64,000 bases of DNA from Thermoplasmatota archaeon (GTDB lineage Archaea > Thermoplasmatota > Thermoplasmata > UBA10834): contig JBFMHR010000005.1 of the NCBI GenBank assembly GCA_040751795.1, positions 96,001 through 160,000 on the forward strand, given 5' to 3'. The notes under the pieces were generated by a model. That model was not told the origin of the DNA. It saw only the letters and a list, made by a program, of their open reading frames with translations, and made no database searches. Position numbers and translations under genes: made by a program. Below are positions 29,530 to 40,243 of the stretch, piece after piece (position 1 is the stretch's first letter; each line of letters starts with the position of its first letter).

Positions 29530-30816
29530 TCATTGAATGCGTAATCGTTCGTAGAGCGTTATTGCGAACCAGAGTCTCCTTCTAGATGACACCCACATTC
29601 TAAAGCGGAGCATCCTAGCGGATAGACGATCGGCAGCACCGACGTCCGGAAGAGGGCGATGGTACTCTGGAACGGTCCTTCCCTTTCTTGCCAGGTAGCG
29701 AATCATGGCTGCTCTGCGCCTCTGCAAGTAGTCGATAGATTGTGATTCTTGGACATCCTCTTTGCTCGCTATTCTGATATCGACCATGCCAGATTGCGCC
29801 GCCCTCTCGATGAGCGATATTGCCGAGCCTGTCCTAGCTATGACCAGAGACGTCCCAGACCTATCACCAGAAAAACGGGGGAGCCATGCATCCATGAATG
29901 AAGCATCTGAGAGTTCTGCGGTCTTGTCAATGCATAATGTGCACCGTGGTGGAAAGAAGAACTTGTGAAAGATAAGTCCCCAGTATGATTTCGAGCCAAA
30001 AGGTATGGTCCTCCGGCTCCCATCGCGCAGTTGCAGGGAGAGGACCCCCGGCCACCCTCCTCCACGGTAGGAAATCTCGGCAACCATCTCCTTCGAAATC
30101 CCATTTCGTCTCAGAAGATATTCTGTGGCATGATGCGAGGGCGTGTGGTTGCATACGAGGCCGAAGATTAGGACAATCCGTTCCTTCAATTCTGGATAGA
30201 CCTCCATAGCCTTGCATATTCCGTGAATGTGGCAAGGGAGACCAATTACTGCGTATCTGCCTGGATTGGCGAGCAGCTCTCGCAGTGCGGTGTTGGCTGA
30301 CACCGGGCAGTATTTCGACCCCGCGGAAGAGAGTATATCCTCGCGAGTCCGAGCTAGAAATGTCGCAGGTTCAAGCGGAGATGACTGATTCATCCCTGTG
30401 ACTAGAGCTGCGTCGATGATTCCCGCATCTAATGCAAACACTAGAAGTGAAGTAGCAAGCCCACCAGATGATGATGATACTCGGATACCGATGTCTGCAG
30501 CATTGCCGGCGAACACCTCCTTGATACAGCCTGCATTGGAATCATCAGGTCGTTTCCCGAAGCGGGCAATATTCAGTCCATCGAGATCGACAGAGTGCCC
30601 AGGACATGTTCTCAGGCACTTCCTGCAACTGACGCATATGCCATCTCTTACTGATGGGGTTTGTATGCCTAAGCGGTCATCAGTGCAAATTGCGATGGCA
30701 CGAGTCTCACAGATTGATACGCATGTTCCACAGCCTGTGCAGAGTCCATGTTCGACCACGGACGAGATATTCCGCCATTGCGACACCGTTTCCACTTGAG
30801 TGTCACCGGCATACAA
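29530..30816 (-). CDS. FrhB/FdhB-family protein with 2x[4Fe-4S] ferredoxin domain
   Basis: CTGCGTCVSIC, CVSCRKCLRTCP, SSSGG, GSKY, GLPCHI, GLVC and D.SFMDAW. Confidence 0.9.
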   Translation of the reverse strand: MYAGDTQVETVSQWRNISSVVEHGLCTGCGTCVSICETRAIAICTDDRLGIQTPSVRDGICVSCRKCLRTCPGHSVDLDGLNIARFGKRPDDSNAGCIKEVFAGNAADIGIRVSSSSGGLATSLLVFALDAGIIDAALVTGMNQSSPLEPATFLARTREDILSSAGSKYCPVSANTALRELLANPGRYAVIGLPCHIHGICKAMEVYPELKERIVLIFGLVCNHTPSHHATEYLLRRNGISKEMVAEISYRGGGWPGVLSLQLRDGSRRTIPFGSKSYWGLIFHKFFFPPRCTLCIDKTAELSDASFMDAWLPRFSGDRSGTSLVIARTGSAISLIERAAQSGMVDIRIASKEDVQESQSIDYLQRRRAAMIRYLARKGRTVPEYHRPLPDVGAADRLSARMLRFRMWVSSRRRLWFAITLYERLRIQ

Positions 30817-31154
30817 TATCGCACTGGCTATTCAAACTCTCCGCCACTTGAGCCGCAGCGATAGGTCTGCTCATCGAGCTTGGATATGTTTGAAGACACA
30901 GATCACGAGCGGGAGAACTCAGGGAGTCTGCAATTGTCATTGGGTGTGCCCACCCCGCAACGTCAACCCCGCAGATTCGTTGTCTTCCCTGAGGCAGTTG
31001 TCGTAGGGCATTACGGTGAACCCCATCCCGCATGGTGGCTGCCGATTGACCATTGGCGCAATCTTGGCTGAGTGCCTATGGCAAGACCTGCATCAAACCA
31101 TCAACAGAAGTCCGTTCGCAGTTGATGGAGCAGATACCTCAATCCTTCCTGTCC

Positions 31155-32426
31155 TCACATGTTCTTCTGCACGACGCGCTCTGAGATCAATTCTGCCGTT
31201 CTCCTTGCCAACGCCTGGATCTCCGGGATCCTATCCAGGAGTGTTCGTCTGATCTGCGTTCGTCTTTCCCATGCGTCTTCGACTGTTTCCAGCAATCGCT
31301 CAGGGGGGTCATCCCAATTACGAACATACTGGTCCTGGCCTGCCATTGACATTATTCCCGGCGTCTTGTTGCTGTATGAGATTGCCACCGTGGGGACATG
31401 CATCGTGAGTGCAGCAATGTTGGCGTGCATACGAGCACCGATGAAGAGGGTGCATAGTCCGATGATTCCTCGTATCACTTCTGGCTGATATGCACCTTCT
31501 ATCACGAACACTCTTTCGCGATATTTGGATTTCTTTGCAGCGGCAACAGCGATGTCCCGATCATTCGGGTTCAGATTTGGGTCAGTGACATGAGGTATGA
31601 AGACAACATCAACATCGTGTTCCTCAATCATGTGATCTGCAAGCTCTGCGAGATTAAGCAGGTACTCCCCAGCTGCCACCCCTTCTCTTGAGCGAGAGAA
31701 CCTGAAAAGGAGCTCGCTCGGTGCTATTCCGACAAGCGGGCGTCCGTTGTCCACCGGAATTCGCTCCATCTTCAGGGTTTCCCTGGCTTCGTTCTCCGAA
31801 ATCGCCCCCAGGAGGAATGCGCCATCTGCAGTCATAAGCACTTCCTGTTTCACTCCAATCTGAATCAGATAGTTTCTGCTAATCTCCTCTCGGACAATCA
31901 GCAAGTCCACTCTATCAAGAAAGAATCGTGCGATTCTCCTGGCGATTCCATTGCGGAAGGGACCGATTGACTGGGAGTGAATGACTACCGGGACTCTTAG
32001 GATAATGCACCAGAAGAACGGGAGCCATGACCTGACGGAACGTACGACTCCAAAATCATCGGTTAGCCCGTCACCCGACAGATTCACGACAACGTCTGAT
32101 CTCTTGTATTCGCTCTTCCTCGTCTCTCCGCCAACTAGCTCAATCCTCAGACATCTCTCGAGGACTATCAGAATGGTTTCTGCGAATATCCTGATGTTGG
32201 ATACATCATGAGGAATCCTGATGGCTAGTGCGGTCTCGAAGCGTCTGTCTCTTTCGGGACTATAGGAGATGAACGTGATCGCAGGGTTCTCGAATACTCT
32301 CCTAATCTCCATGATCGCGGACAGAACTATGGATGCCGTCCCTCGATTCCTCGAGAGTTCTGCCCCGACTAGCAAGAATCTCAGGCCAGTCATTGCTATT
32401 ATCAGACTGGAGTGAATTGACTGCAC
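31155..32426 (-). CDS. Polysaccharide pyruvyl transferase family protein (WcaK-like)
   Basis: NRGT, QSIGPF, VREEIS, TADGAF, GARMHANIAA and ISYSNK. Start may be 32393. Confidence 0.9.
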   Translation of the reverse strand: MQSIHSSLIIAMTGLRFLLVGAELSRNRGTASIVLSAIMEIRRVFENPAITFISYSPERDRRFETALAIRIPHDVSNIRIFAETILIVLERCLRIELVGGETRKSEYKRSDVVVNLSGDGLTDDFGVVRSVRSWLPFFWCIILRVPVVIHSQSIGPFRNGIARRIARFFLDRVDLLIVREEISRNYLIQIGVKQEVLMTADGAFLLGAISENEARETLKMERIPVDNGRPLVGIAPSELLFRFSRSREGVAAGEYLLNLAELADHMIEEHDVDVVFIPHVTDPNLNPNDRDIAVAAAKKSKYRERVFVIEGAYQPEVIRGIIGLCTLFIGARMHANIAALTMHVPTVAISYSNKTPGIMSMAGQDQYVRNWDDPPERLLETVEDAWERRTQIRRTLLDRIPEIQALARRTAELISERVVQKNM

Positions 32427-32815
32427 ATAAGCTTAACTGGACGCAATGCACCATCTCTGGATCTCATGCCGATTTGACTGGCCATAACCTTGTTAATCAT
32501 GGGCGTGCTCGATTGGGATGGTCCCCGCTATGCATGTTTGATGCTCCTGCTCAAGTCACAGATACTAAACTCGCCGCTCAGAAGTGGATTGATGAGAACC
32601 CTGCCCAATCTGCACCTTCTTGTCTCTGCCCCGCGGTGAGCACATGGATTCAACGCCAGGTTTCATCCTTACCTGTCAATCCTGACACTCAGCGGTGCTT
32701 CATCCCCGATGTTACCGAGAACCCCAGGCAAATCCGATTCGGAGGCGCCTAGCACCATGGCGTGATCGCATCGCTTCATGATAGGGGTCTGAAAACATAA
32801 TTATACTTCAGCTTC

Positions 32816-33784
32816 ATGACGGAGAAGGTATCGATGGTCAACGTCCTAGCATTCATCGGGTCATTTGCGGTTGCCTTCTTGGTGACATTCATCATCATTC
32901 CTTGGTTGATACCCCAGTTGAAAGCTAGGGGAATTGTCGGGAAGGATCTGAACAAGCCTAGCCAACCAGAGATTGCTGAGATGGGCGGAATTGCGGTCGT
33001 GATTGGCTTCTTTGCAGGAGTGAGCATACTCCTTGCCATGGATGATGTGACCAACAAGGAGGTCTTCAATGTCTCCCTCTCAGTCCTCATGGGGTCTGCA
33101 TTCATCGGCATGATAGACGATCTATTTGAGTTGAGACAGAGGCAGAAAGCCCTTTTCCCTTTTCTGCTGGCTTTGCCATTTGGTGCATCTCTCAATCCCG
33201 TGGTAAGCCTCCCTTTCATTGGAGAGGTGCACTTCGGAATCGCTATGATTATCGCTGCACCATTTGCCATCACATGTGCAGCGAACGCAGGCAACATGCT
33301 CGAAGGGTTCAACGGTCTAGGCACAGGACTTGGAATCATCATGTCTTCCACGCTGATTCTGCTAGCCTTTGAACATGATAGACTTGACGGGCTCTATCTA
33401 CTCATCCCCTTGCTGGGAACCCTGCTCGCCTTTCTATGGTTCAATAAGTATCCGTCGCGAATATTCCCAGGCGACACCCTCATGCTGTTCATCGGCACGA
33501 CTCTAGCCGTCTCTGGAATGCTCTCTGGCTTACATTTCCAGACCGGTTTCATCTTCATGCCCATGATAATCGAGTTCTTTCTGAAATGGCGTGGGCGTTT
33601 CAAGGCTGAGAACTATGCATCTGGACTGAAGGGTGGTTATCTGGAATATCACGGCAGGATTGAATCCATCACACACTTATTCATGAAGCATGCTAGGGTT
33701 ACCGAAAGATCTTTGACAATCGCCATCTGGGCTATCGAGGCGGTCTTCTGCGCCTTGGTGGTTGTCGGGGATTCGGTCATCTGA
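32816..33784 (+). CDS. aglH: UDP-HexNAc:polyprenol-phosphate HexNAc-1-P transferase (GPT/AglH, MraY superfamily)
   Basis: GKDLNK, AEMGG, GMIDD, NAGNMLEGFNGL and FNKYPSRIFPGDT. Confidence 0.85.
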   Translation: MTEKVSMVNVLAFIGSFAVAFLVTFIIIPWLIPQLKARGIVGKDLNKPSQPEIAEMGGIAVVIGFFAGVSILLAMDDVTNKEVFNVSLSVLMGSAFIGMIDDLFELRQRQKALFPFLLALPFGASLNPVVSLPFIGEVHFGIAMIIAAPFAITCAANAGNMLEGFNGLGTGLGIIMSSTLILLAFEHDRLDGLYLLIPLLGTLLAFLWFNKYPSRIFPGDTLMLFIGTTLAVSGMLSGLHFQTGFIFMPMIIEFFLKWRGRFKAENYASGLKGGYLEYHGRIESITHLFMKHARVTERSLTIAIWAIEAVFCALVVVGDSVI

Positions 33785-33801
33785 GCAGATTGCAGGAATT
33801 C

Positions 33802-35592
33802 TCAAGATTGAAAGGCAATAATCCTATTGTCGGAGGGTCCTCCGATATACACAACATTCGAATCATCTAGAACGGTATCCACCTCATTGCTGTCGAGAAA
33901 TATCCGTCCTTGAGGGTAGTTGTTCACACCTAGAGCGCTCCATTCATCAAGCAGCAAGTTGATGCTTTCGGGGCTCAGCTGTTCAGATTCAGCGAGCCGA
34001 CGCGGCAGACTGGGATCCTGCGCGTAATCATACAGAGCGCGCGCAATATAGGAGATACGCTCGTCAGACCGAATATTCATATCAAGGCCGCAAGTATCAT
34101 GTGCCCATGTGATGGCATCGAATTCGTACAATTCTGTATCATGCCTGACTCCCGTGAGCGTATCAGTTGCGTAACTGAATGGAAATGACACTATCAGCAC
34201 CGCAGAGAGGATGATGACAAGTGCCTTTCTCATTCGTGGTCTTCGATATACAGCTGCACACGCAGCGCCAACACCTAATGCCAACGGTATCTCAGAGAAG
34301 TCATATGTGCGGTAGATGAGCGCATGCCCCATCTGCGCCGAATCCTCTAGAATTGCCAGAAGAAGGAACATGAAGATGGGCAGCAGGAATCCAAGCGGGA
34401 CAGACCTGTATCTTGAGTGTGACTCAATTAGGTACTCCATTCCGTACCAGCCAACACCAACGACTATCGCCATACAGAATGCTAGGATCATCACGTAGTG
34501 CGGGGCAGCTTGTTCGTATTCGAACATGGGGTTAATGTAATCAATGATGAAGAGGGAGAACACAAGCGTCGCCGGGATGGGGGCGAAGGACACGCGGTAT
34601 CTCGATTCCTTATTCAGGTAAAGGTAAGTTATTGCGACTATGACCGCAAGAGAGCCGCCAATCATTGCGATCTCCTGAACGCTATCGGCGTAGGCTAGAC
34701 GGTTCAATGAGTTCATGGAGTAGTAGGCATAGGTGACAAGTGTCGTGGCAATCATTGCCACCAGATCACGCACATGACGGGTTCTCAGTACCTGCGCCTT
34801 GGCAGCAAAGGCAAGGGAGACCAGAGTCAGATACCATAGCGCCAAGTATACGATTGCCGCAATGAGGTGGTGGACAATTGGGAGGACGAGTAGAATAGTC
34901 ATGCTGAGCAGGAACATCCTGATATCGCTACGGCTGATGTATAGATAGATTATGAATGCGATGAGGGCTACGCCGAGCGACTCCTTCCAGGCTGACCCGG
35001 ATAGAAACACGAACGAGCCAAACAAGCCGAGTACAAAGGATGATAACATTGCAGCAATGGCGTTCGAAGAGACTTTGAGTGCAACTGCATAGATTCCCAC
35101 AACGGTAAGCACTGAAAATGCCGCAACCAGAAACTGGGCCACCCAGAATGGCGAAGTCCCTAACATTAGTGCTGCAAATGCCAGAATAAGGTTGAATGCA
35201 GGTGTTATCACGCTGTGAGAATCTGCGTAGAATGCATCAGAGGGATATGAGAGGCCGCCGCTCGAAATGATGTCCTCGGCAATCCGACTCTCAGTCATGC
35301 CATCATTATTGAAGGGGAATGGAGAAATTGCGAGTGGCACCAATCGAGTAGATAGGGCCATGAACACCAGCGACAGTATAATGGCACGCCGCATTCCTCC
35401 AAATCCTCTTATGGACTTCCCGATGCTAAGGATTCTCGCAATGAGTGGTTGTCTCGAGTTGTTCTGATGCACAGTTGGAGATTCATGTTCCGCTTCATTA
35501 AAGGGCTGTCCTTCCTGCCTGATAGGATTTAAGGAAGTGCGGTTGGCCACCTTTGGGTCTGAGTCCAATCCGGGGGATTTCATGATATGCAT
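33802..35592 (-). CDS. Multi-pass membrane protein, GT-C-like
   Basis: TM1, then PFNNDGMTE loop, WKESLG, VHHL, about 12 TMs and a soluble C-terminal tail. Start uncertain. Confidence 0.6.
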   Translation of the reverse strand: MHIMKSPGLDSDPKVANRTSLNPIRQEGQPFNEAEHESPTVHQNNSRQPLIARILSIGKSIRGFGGMRRAIILSLVFMALSTRLVPLAISPFPFNNDGMTESRIAEDIISSGGLSYPSDAFYADSHSVITPAFNLILAFAALMLGTSPFWVAQFLVAAFSVLTVVGIYAVALKVSSNAIAAMLSSFVLGLFGSFVFLSGSAWKESLGVALIAFIIYLYISRSDIRMFLLSMTILLVLPIVHHLIAAIVYLALWYLTLVSLAFAAKAQVLRTRHVRDLVAMIATTLVTYAYYSMNSLNRLAYADSVQEIAMIGGSLAVIVAITYLYLNKESRYRVSFAPIPATLVFSLFIIDYINPMFEYEQAAPHYVMILAFCMAIVVGVGWYGMEYLIESHSRYRSVPLGFLLPIFMFLLLAILEDSAQMGHALIYRTYDFSEIPLALGVGAACAAVYRRPRMRKALVIILSAVLIVSFPFSYATDTLTGVRHDTELYEFDAITWAHDTCGLDMNIRSDERISYIARALYDYAQDPSLPRRLAESEQLSPESINLLLDEWSALGVNNYPQGRIFLDSNEVDTVLDDSNVVYIGGPSDNRIIAFQS

Positions 35593-36141
35593 GTCATTTC
35601 GACCTCGAAATGTCTATCTACGCGGGACTCAATAGTCAGATTTCCAATATCGAACTCCACACAATGCATCTCATCCGGCCTCATCCGATGTCGCATCTGG
35701 AAATCTCTACCTGGTCTTATCGCATCGTCTGGCTGCTGCAGCTCTTTGGTTCATGATATCCCATACAATGCTATGTCTCGGTTTGCACCGCATGCGGTTT
35801 GGATTACTCATGCATCACCGATGTTGAATCGCCAGATGAACGAAGCCGTTCTATATATTCGTTGGCTGCACATTGCGGTGGGGAGAGGCATGAAGACTAC
35901 TGAGCCACTCGCCATGGATCCGGATGGCTGTCCAGCTGCGGCTCGAGTACTATGTGAGGTTTCAACGACTGCAAGTGCCAGAACCTGCCACGCGGTCTGC
36001 TGTGGTATGCTAGACAAGACAATGCCCCTCACCTGCCACCTAGAGATACCAAGATATATTGGGATACCCACTCATGCCAATCAGATCGGCCATCATGTCA
36101 TCTCAATTGGCGCAATGGCCGATACTCATGAGTGATGACCA

Positions 36142-37314
36142 ATGTCAGTGCGGCTAATAAGAGTGGTAATCTTCCACAATCTGCCAACATCATACAGACT
36201 CCAGTGGTTCCAGCACATTCTCCGAGACCCCGACCTCGACGTTAGGATATTCCTTACTGGACGACCCAGGTCGAATCGTCCGTATTGGGTCGATGCTCCG
36301 GAATTCCGAGATGGGCGGGTTACAGCCCTTCGCGGACTGGGCTTCCCGCTCAAAGGCCTAGACAATGACAGGTACAATATCAATCCCGGACTCTTGAGAG
36401 TCCTCGATGGGCGCCCAGATGTAGTCATGCTGTTCGGATACGCTGAGCCGACCAACCTCGCGGTCGCAATGCTTTGTCGACTGAGAGGGATTCCTTACAT
36501 ACTGTCTGCCGAAGTGTCAGATGTCTGGGGCCAGTCTCTGACTGGAAGGATAAGCATGCCTCTTGTCAAGCGAGTAGTCAGGAACGCAGCTGGTCTAGCT
36601 CCGGCTAGCACGACGTGTGCTCGGTTCTTCGAGAGTCTTGGCGGAAATCGTGAGTCTATGTCGATTATTCCATGTGTTCCCGACGTTGAACCTCTCAGAC
36701 GTGCGAGGGAATCGCTAGGATTAGATGCATCGATTATCAAGGATCGTTTGAATCTGAAGGGGATGTCCATCGTTCTGTTCGTTGGGCGATTGCACGACTA
36801 CAAAGGGGTGCGCGAGGCAATCGAGGCGCTCGGAATAGTAAGGCGATCAAGACCTGACGTCGTGATGGTGATTGTGGGGAGCGGACCTTTGGGGAGTTAT
36901 GTCGAGGAAATGAGCAGACAGCTGGCGCCTAACCTCATGTTCCTCGGAACTGTCGATGACGCTACTCTTCGGGACTTGTACTTGGCATCGGATATACACA
37001 TCATGCCTTCATGGCATGAGGCCTTTGGCGTCGTCTGTGCTGAAGCGCTCGGGTATGGAGTGCCATCAATAGTCACGCGAACCTCAGGATGCAGCGATTT
37101 GGTGACCGATGGGGAGAATGGATACATCATCAATCCTGGAGATGCTCAGGAACTCGCCCATGCGATTATCGTGTCCCTCTCTGACCCGATTGCCCTCGAC
37201 CGTATGAAGAAACTTGCTTTTTCGAAGTCAGAAGACTTTTCGATGAGCATCATTATGGCCAGGCTCAAGAGACTTATCCATGAAGTGGCAGAGCGTTCAC
37301 GAGTATCAAGATGA
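36142..37314 (+). CDS. Glycosyltransferase family 4
   Basis: LFVGRL..YKG and PSWHEAFGVVCAEALGYG. Confidence 0.9.
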   Translation: MSVRLIRVVIFHNLPTSYRLQWFQHILRDPDLDVRIFLTGRPRSNRPYWVDAPEFRDGRVTALRGLGFPLKGLDNDRYNINPGLLRVLDGRPDVVMLFGYAEPTNLAVAMLCRLRGIPYILSAEVSDVWGQSLTGRISMPLVKRVVRNAAGLAPASTTCARFFESLGGNRESMSIIPCVPDVEPLRRARESLGLDASIIKDRLNLKGMSIVLFVGRLHDYKGVREAIEALGIVRRSRPDVVMVIVGSGPLGSYVEEMSRQLAPNLMFLGTVDDATLRDLYLASDIHIMPSWHEAFGVVCAEALGYGVPSIVTRTSGCSDLVTDGENGYIINPGDAQELAHAIIVSLSDPIALDRMKKLAFSKSEDFSMSIIMARLKRLIHEVAERSRVSR

Positions 37315-37654
37315 CACTCAGCGAACGGTCAATTGAATTCTAGGGCGCGACTCATGATTCTCTCAAATGAGATATCGAGACCTCCAATCGCAGGCGAGTT
37401 CTGAATCTCAACTCACCATCGCGCGTTAGTGGGGCGGCGCGTCTCGACTCAGCAGTCCCATTGGCTGCCTCTTTCCGCGAACCACCGATTAGTGTGATGG
37501 AGACATGAAGTCCAAGCTTACGCCCTTCTGGAGGATTCTGCAGGGCAGGGCGAGGGAAAGACATATCTGTGCCGTTTGGCTATTGCATCTTGCTGCCAAT
37601 CAATAGGCACCGCTGAGGGATCGCTGGCTATTCATTAATCGAGGCTGTTGGAAG

Positions 37655-38935
37655 ATGTCGGATGCGGGAAATGGAACTGCGAATGTCATCAAAGATGCCT
37701 ATGTCGAAGCCAGTAAGGAGACTCGCACGAGCGACTTGCCCACAGTCTACTTCCTGGGCGGCCACCATCCGTCAAACGAGCCATTCATACGATCTCCCCC
37801 TTCGAATGTGAGACTGTGTTCAAGGGTGACTGCGAAGGAATTCGAGGAATTCGGTAGGCTCAAACAGTATAGTGGCATGTGGCCGGTAATGAAGAAGACA
37901 AATGATGCTCTCTACAGATCCATTGGCATGCCGCGCCTTCTTCCTGTATTCGGCAGATACGACCTCGTGCACACGAATGGCTCAGTGATACCTTTGTGTC
38001 CCGGCCCATGGGTTGCCAGCATAGAGAACCCTTCAGCATTCTATGGATTCGATGAGAGGTGGCATGAGATTCCGCGTATGAGGAAACGGCTTGCATCATT
38101 CTTGATATCGGAGAGATGCAGGGCAATAATGCCATATTCAGAGGCATCAAAGAGGTACCTGATGATGGGGCTAGCTGACTGGAAAGAGACCCTCGAACTC
38201 AAGACCGAAGTCATTCCCCTAGCGATTGATAAACGCCTCATAAGGAAGAAACCTGAGGACTTGAAGGCTAGGGATGTATCTGAGAAGATGCGATTCCTCT
38301 TCGTTGGCAATCACTTCTTCGACAAAGGCGGACGGGAAGTCTTGAGAGCTTTCCGCAACATTCGTGATTATCACGACTCTGAACTCACAATCGTCACTTC
38401 CGCGCCACCGCACCACTCCAAGGAGTTCCAGGAGTACATACCTAAGATCAAGGCCGAGAAGGATGTAAGATTCTATCATACTGGTATTCCAAGGTCTGAG
38501 CTAATGAAGCTCTATGACTCATCGCATGTGTTTGCGTTCCCATCATATATGGATCAAGTCCCGTTCGTATTCCTTGAAGCTATGGCGGCAGGGTTGCCTC
38601 TGATAGGCTCCAACTCCTACGCGATGCCAGAGATGTCAATCGATGGCTCTAATGGCTTCGTTGTTGAGAGTCCTTGGGTTGCATTTCCTAAATCAGAGTT
38701 GAGAACTGTGCGCCATCTCGTCGCCTATCGCTCTGCAGTACTCGAGGAACGTAATTTCGACGGAGTTGTCGAGAACCTGATTGATAAGATGAAGTTCCTG
38801 ATTGACCACGAAGATACAAGGATGATGTTCGCCAGGGAGTCACTTGAGATGGTGATTAATGGCAGATACTCTTTGGGTTGCAGGAACAAGGCGTTGTCTG
38901 CCGTATACTCTAGGAGTCTGCCGAGAATTCGATGA
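37655..38935 (+). CDS. Glycosyltransferase family 4
   Basis: FLFVGNHFFDKGG and FPSYMDQVPFVFLEAMAAGLP. Confidence 0.88.
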   Translation: MSDAGNGTANVIKDAYVEASKETRTSDLPTVYFLGGHHPSNEPFIRSPPSNVRLCSRVTAKEFEEFGRLKQYSGMWPVMKKTNDALYRSIGMPRLLPVFGRYDLVHTNGSVIPLCPGPWVASIENPSAFYGFDERWHEIPRMRKRLASFLISERCRAIMPYSEASKRYLMMGLADWKETLELKTEVIPLAIDKRLIRKKPEDLKARDVSEKMRFLFVGNHFFDKGGREVLRAFRNIRDYHDSELTIVTSAPPHHSKEFQEYIPKIKAEKDVRFYHTGIPRSELMKLYDSSHVFAFPSYMDQVPFVFLEAMAAGLPLIGSNSYAMPEMSIDGSNGFVVESPWVAFPKSELRTVRHLVAYRSAVLEERNFDGVVENLIDKMKFLIDHEDTRMMFARESLEMVINGRYSLGCRNKALSAVYSRSLPRIR

Positions 38936-39262
38936 TAGTTTCATAGAGCGGGGCAGCCGATTGACGATTCTGGATTCATAATCATCCACCAGAAGGGCCT
39001 GGTCATAGATATTGAACCCCAGTGTCCATCCCGAGCATATATCATTTGAACTCGACTTCGATTCGAACCACCCCGTTGCCCATTCTCCGGTGTTGTACAG
39101 AAGTGGACGGACTTATGTGGCCAACGCTCGGCCGGGAGGAGGTTCCCACAGACTCTGTTGGGACTTGAACACAGAGGCCATTTTTCCCACGCGATTCACC
39201 CAACCCGGTCTATTAATGGAGAGGATTATTATCTTCGATGCCTCTCCAAGCTTGGCTTCGAC

Positions 39263-40243
39263 ATGATTATCTCTAGGACTCCTTTGAGGGTCAGCCTCGC
39301 TGGCGGAGGCACGGATATGGCCGATTACTACCGCTCAGGTTTCGGGGCGGTCACTGCGTCCGCAATCAAGAAGTACATGTATGTGACAGTGAACAAGAGG
39401 TTCGAGGACAACATCCGTGTCAGTTACTCCAAGACTGAGATCGTTGCTACCCTTGATGCGCTCGAGCACGGGATTGTCAGAGAGTGCCTCAGGAAAGTGG
39501 GTATAAGGAGCGGAATCGAGGTTACAACAATAGCAGACATCCCCTCGAAGGGCACAGGCCTGGGCTCGTCCTCCGCGCTTGCAGTGGGACTCCTGAATGC
39601 TCTATATGCCTTCAAAGGGTATCGAGCCTCTCCGAAGAAGCTCGCCGAGGAGGCGTGCGAGATCGAGATTGAGCAGCTGCATGAGCCAATCGGCAAGCAG
39701 GATCAATATATGGCTGCCTATGGAGGGCTTCAGCACTTCAGGTTCAATGCGGATGAGACCGTACTTATAGACCCTGTCGTGTGTCCTGCGAAGACTAAGC
39801 GGGATATTGAGCAGCACCTGATGTTGTTCTTCACTGGCCGAAGCAGGAACGCTAGGGATATTCTGACAGCCCAGAAGAGCAACGCAGGCAAGAAGAAGGA
39901 GACGCTCGACATCATGCGCGACCAGGCTGTCAGCCTCTTCCAGGACCTTGTCTCACTCCAGGTCGGCCGGATAGGGGAGGTCCTCAGGGAGGGGTGGAAC
40001 CTGAAGAAGTCCCTGGCCGAAGGCATCTCGGACAAGGAGATAGATGCACTCATGGAGAAGGCGATGACTGCGGGAGCAGTCGGTGGCAAGATCACAGGGG
40101 CTGGGGGAGGAGGATTCATGGTGCTCTTCGTTCCTCCTGAGCGGCAATGGGGCGTGAGGAACGCACTCGTGGACCTCAAGGAGGTAGAATTCAAGATTGA
40201 ACCTCAGGGTTCACGGATAATCTATGTCGGAGATGAGATGTGA
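39263..40243 (+). CDS. hddA: D-glycero-D-manno-heptose-7-phosphate kinase (GHMP)
   Basis: MIISRTPLRVSLAGGGTD, GTGLGSSS, GKQDQY and GAGGGGF. Confidence 0.88.
   Translation: MIISRTPLRVSLAGGGTDMADYYRSGFGAVTASAIKKYMYVTVNKRFEDNIRVSYSKTEIVATLDALEHGIVRECLRKVGIRSGIEVTTIADIPSKGTGLGSSSALAVGLLNALYAFKGYRASPKKLAEEACEIEIEQLHEPIGKQDQYMAAYGGLQHFRFNADETVLIDPVVCPAKTKRDIEQHLMLFFTGRSRNARDILTAQKSNAGKKKETLDIMRDQAVSLFQDLVSLQVGRIGEVLREGWNLKKSLAEGISDKEIDALMEKAMTAGAVGGKITGAGGGGFMVLFVPPERQWGVRNALVDLKEVEFKIEPQGSRIIYVGDEM

Noticed and set aside
29530-30816. FrhB-like and MttB-like genes as evidence of methanogenesis
   Set aside because: The FrhB-like gene is in a glycan context, the MttB lacks Pyl, and no mcr, mtr or hydrogenase genes are in the window.
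35593-36141. Short ORFs in long island spacers (also 25835-26187, 30817-31154, 32427-32815, 37315-37654)
   Set aside because: No recognisable motifs, SD or repeats. Probably decayed DNA and not callable without a search.
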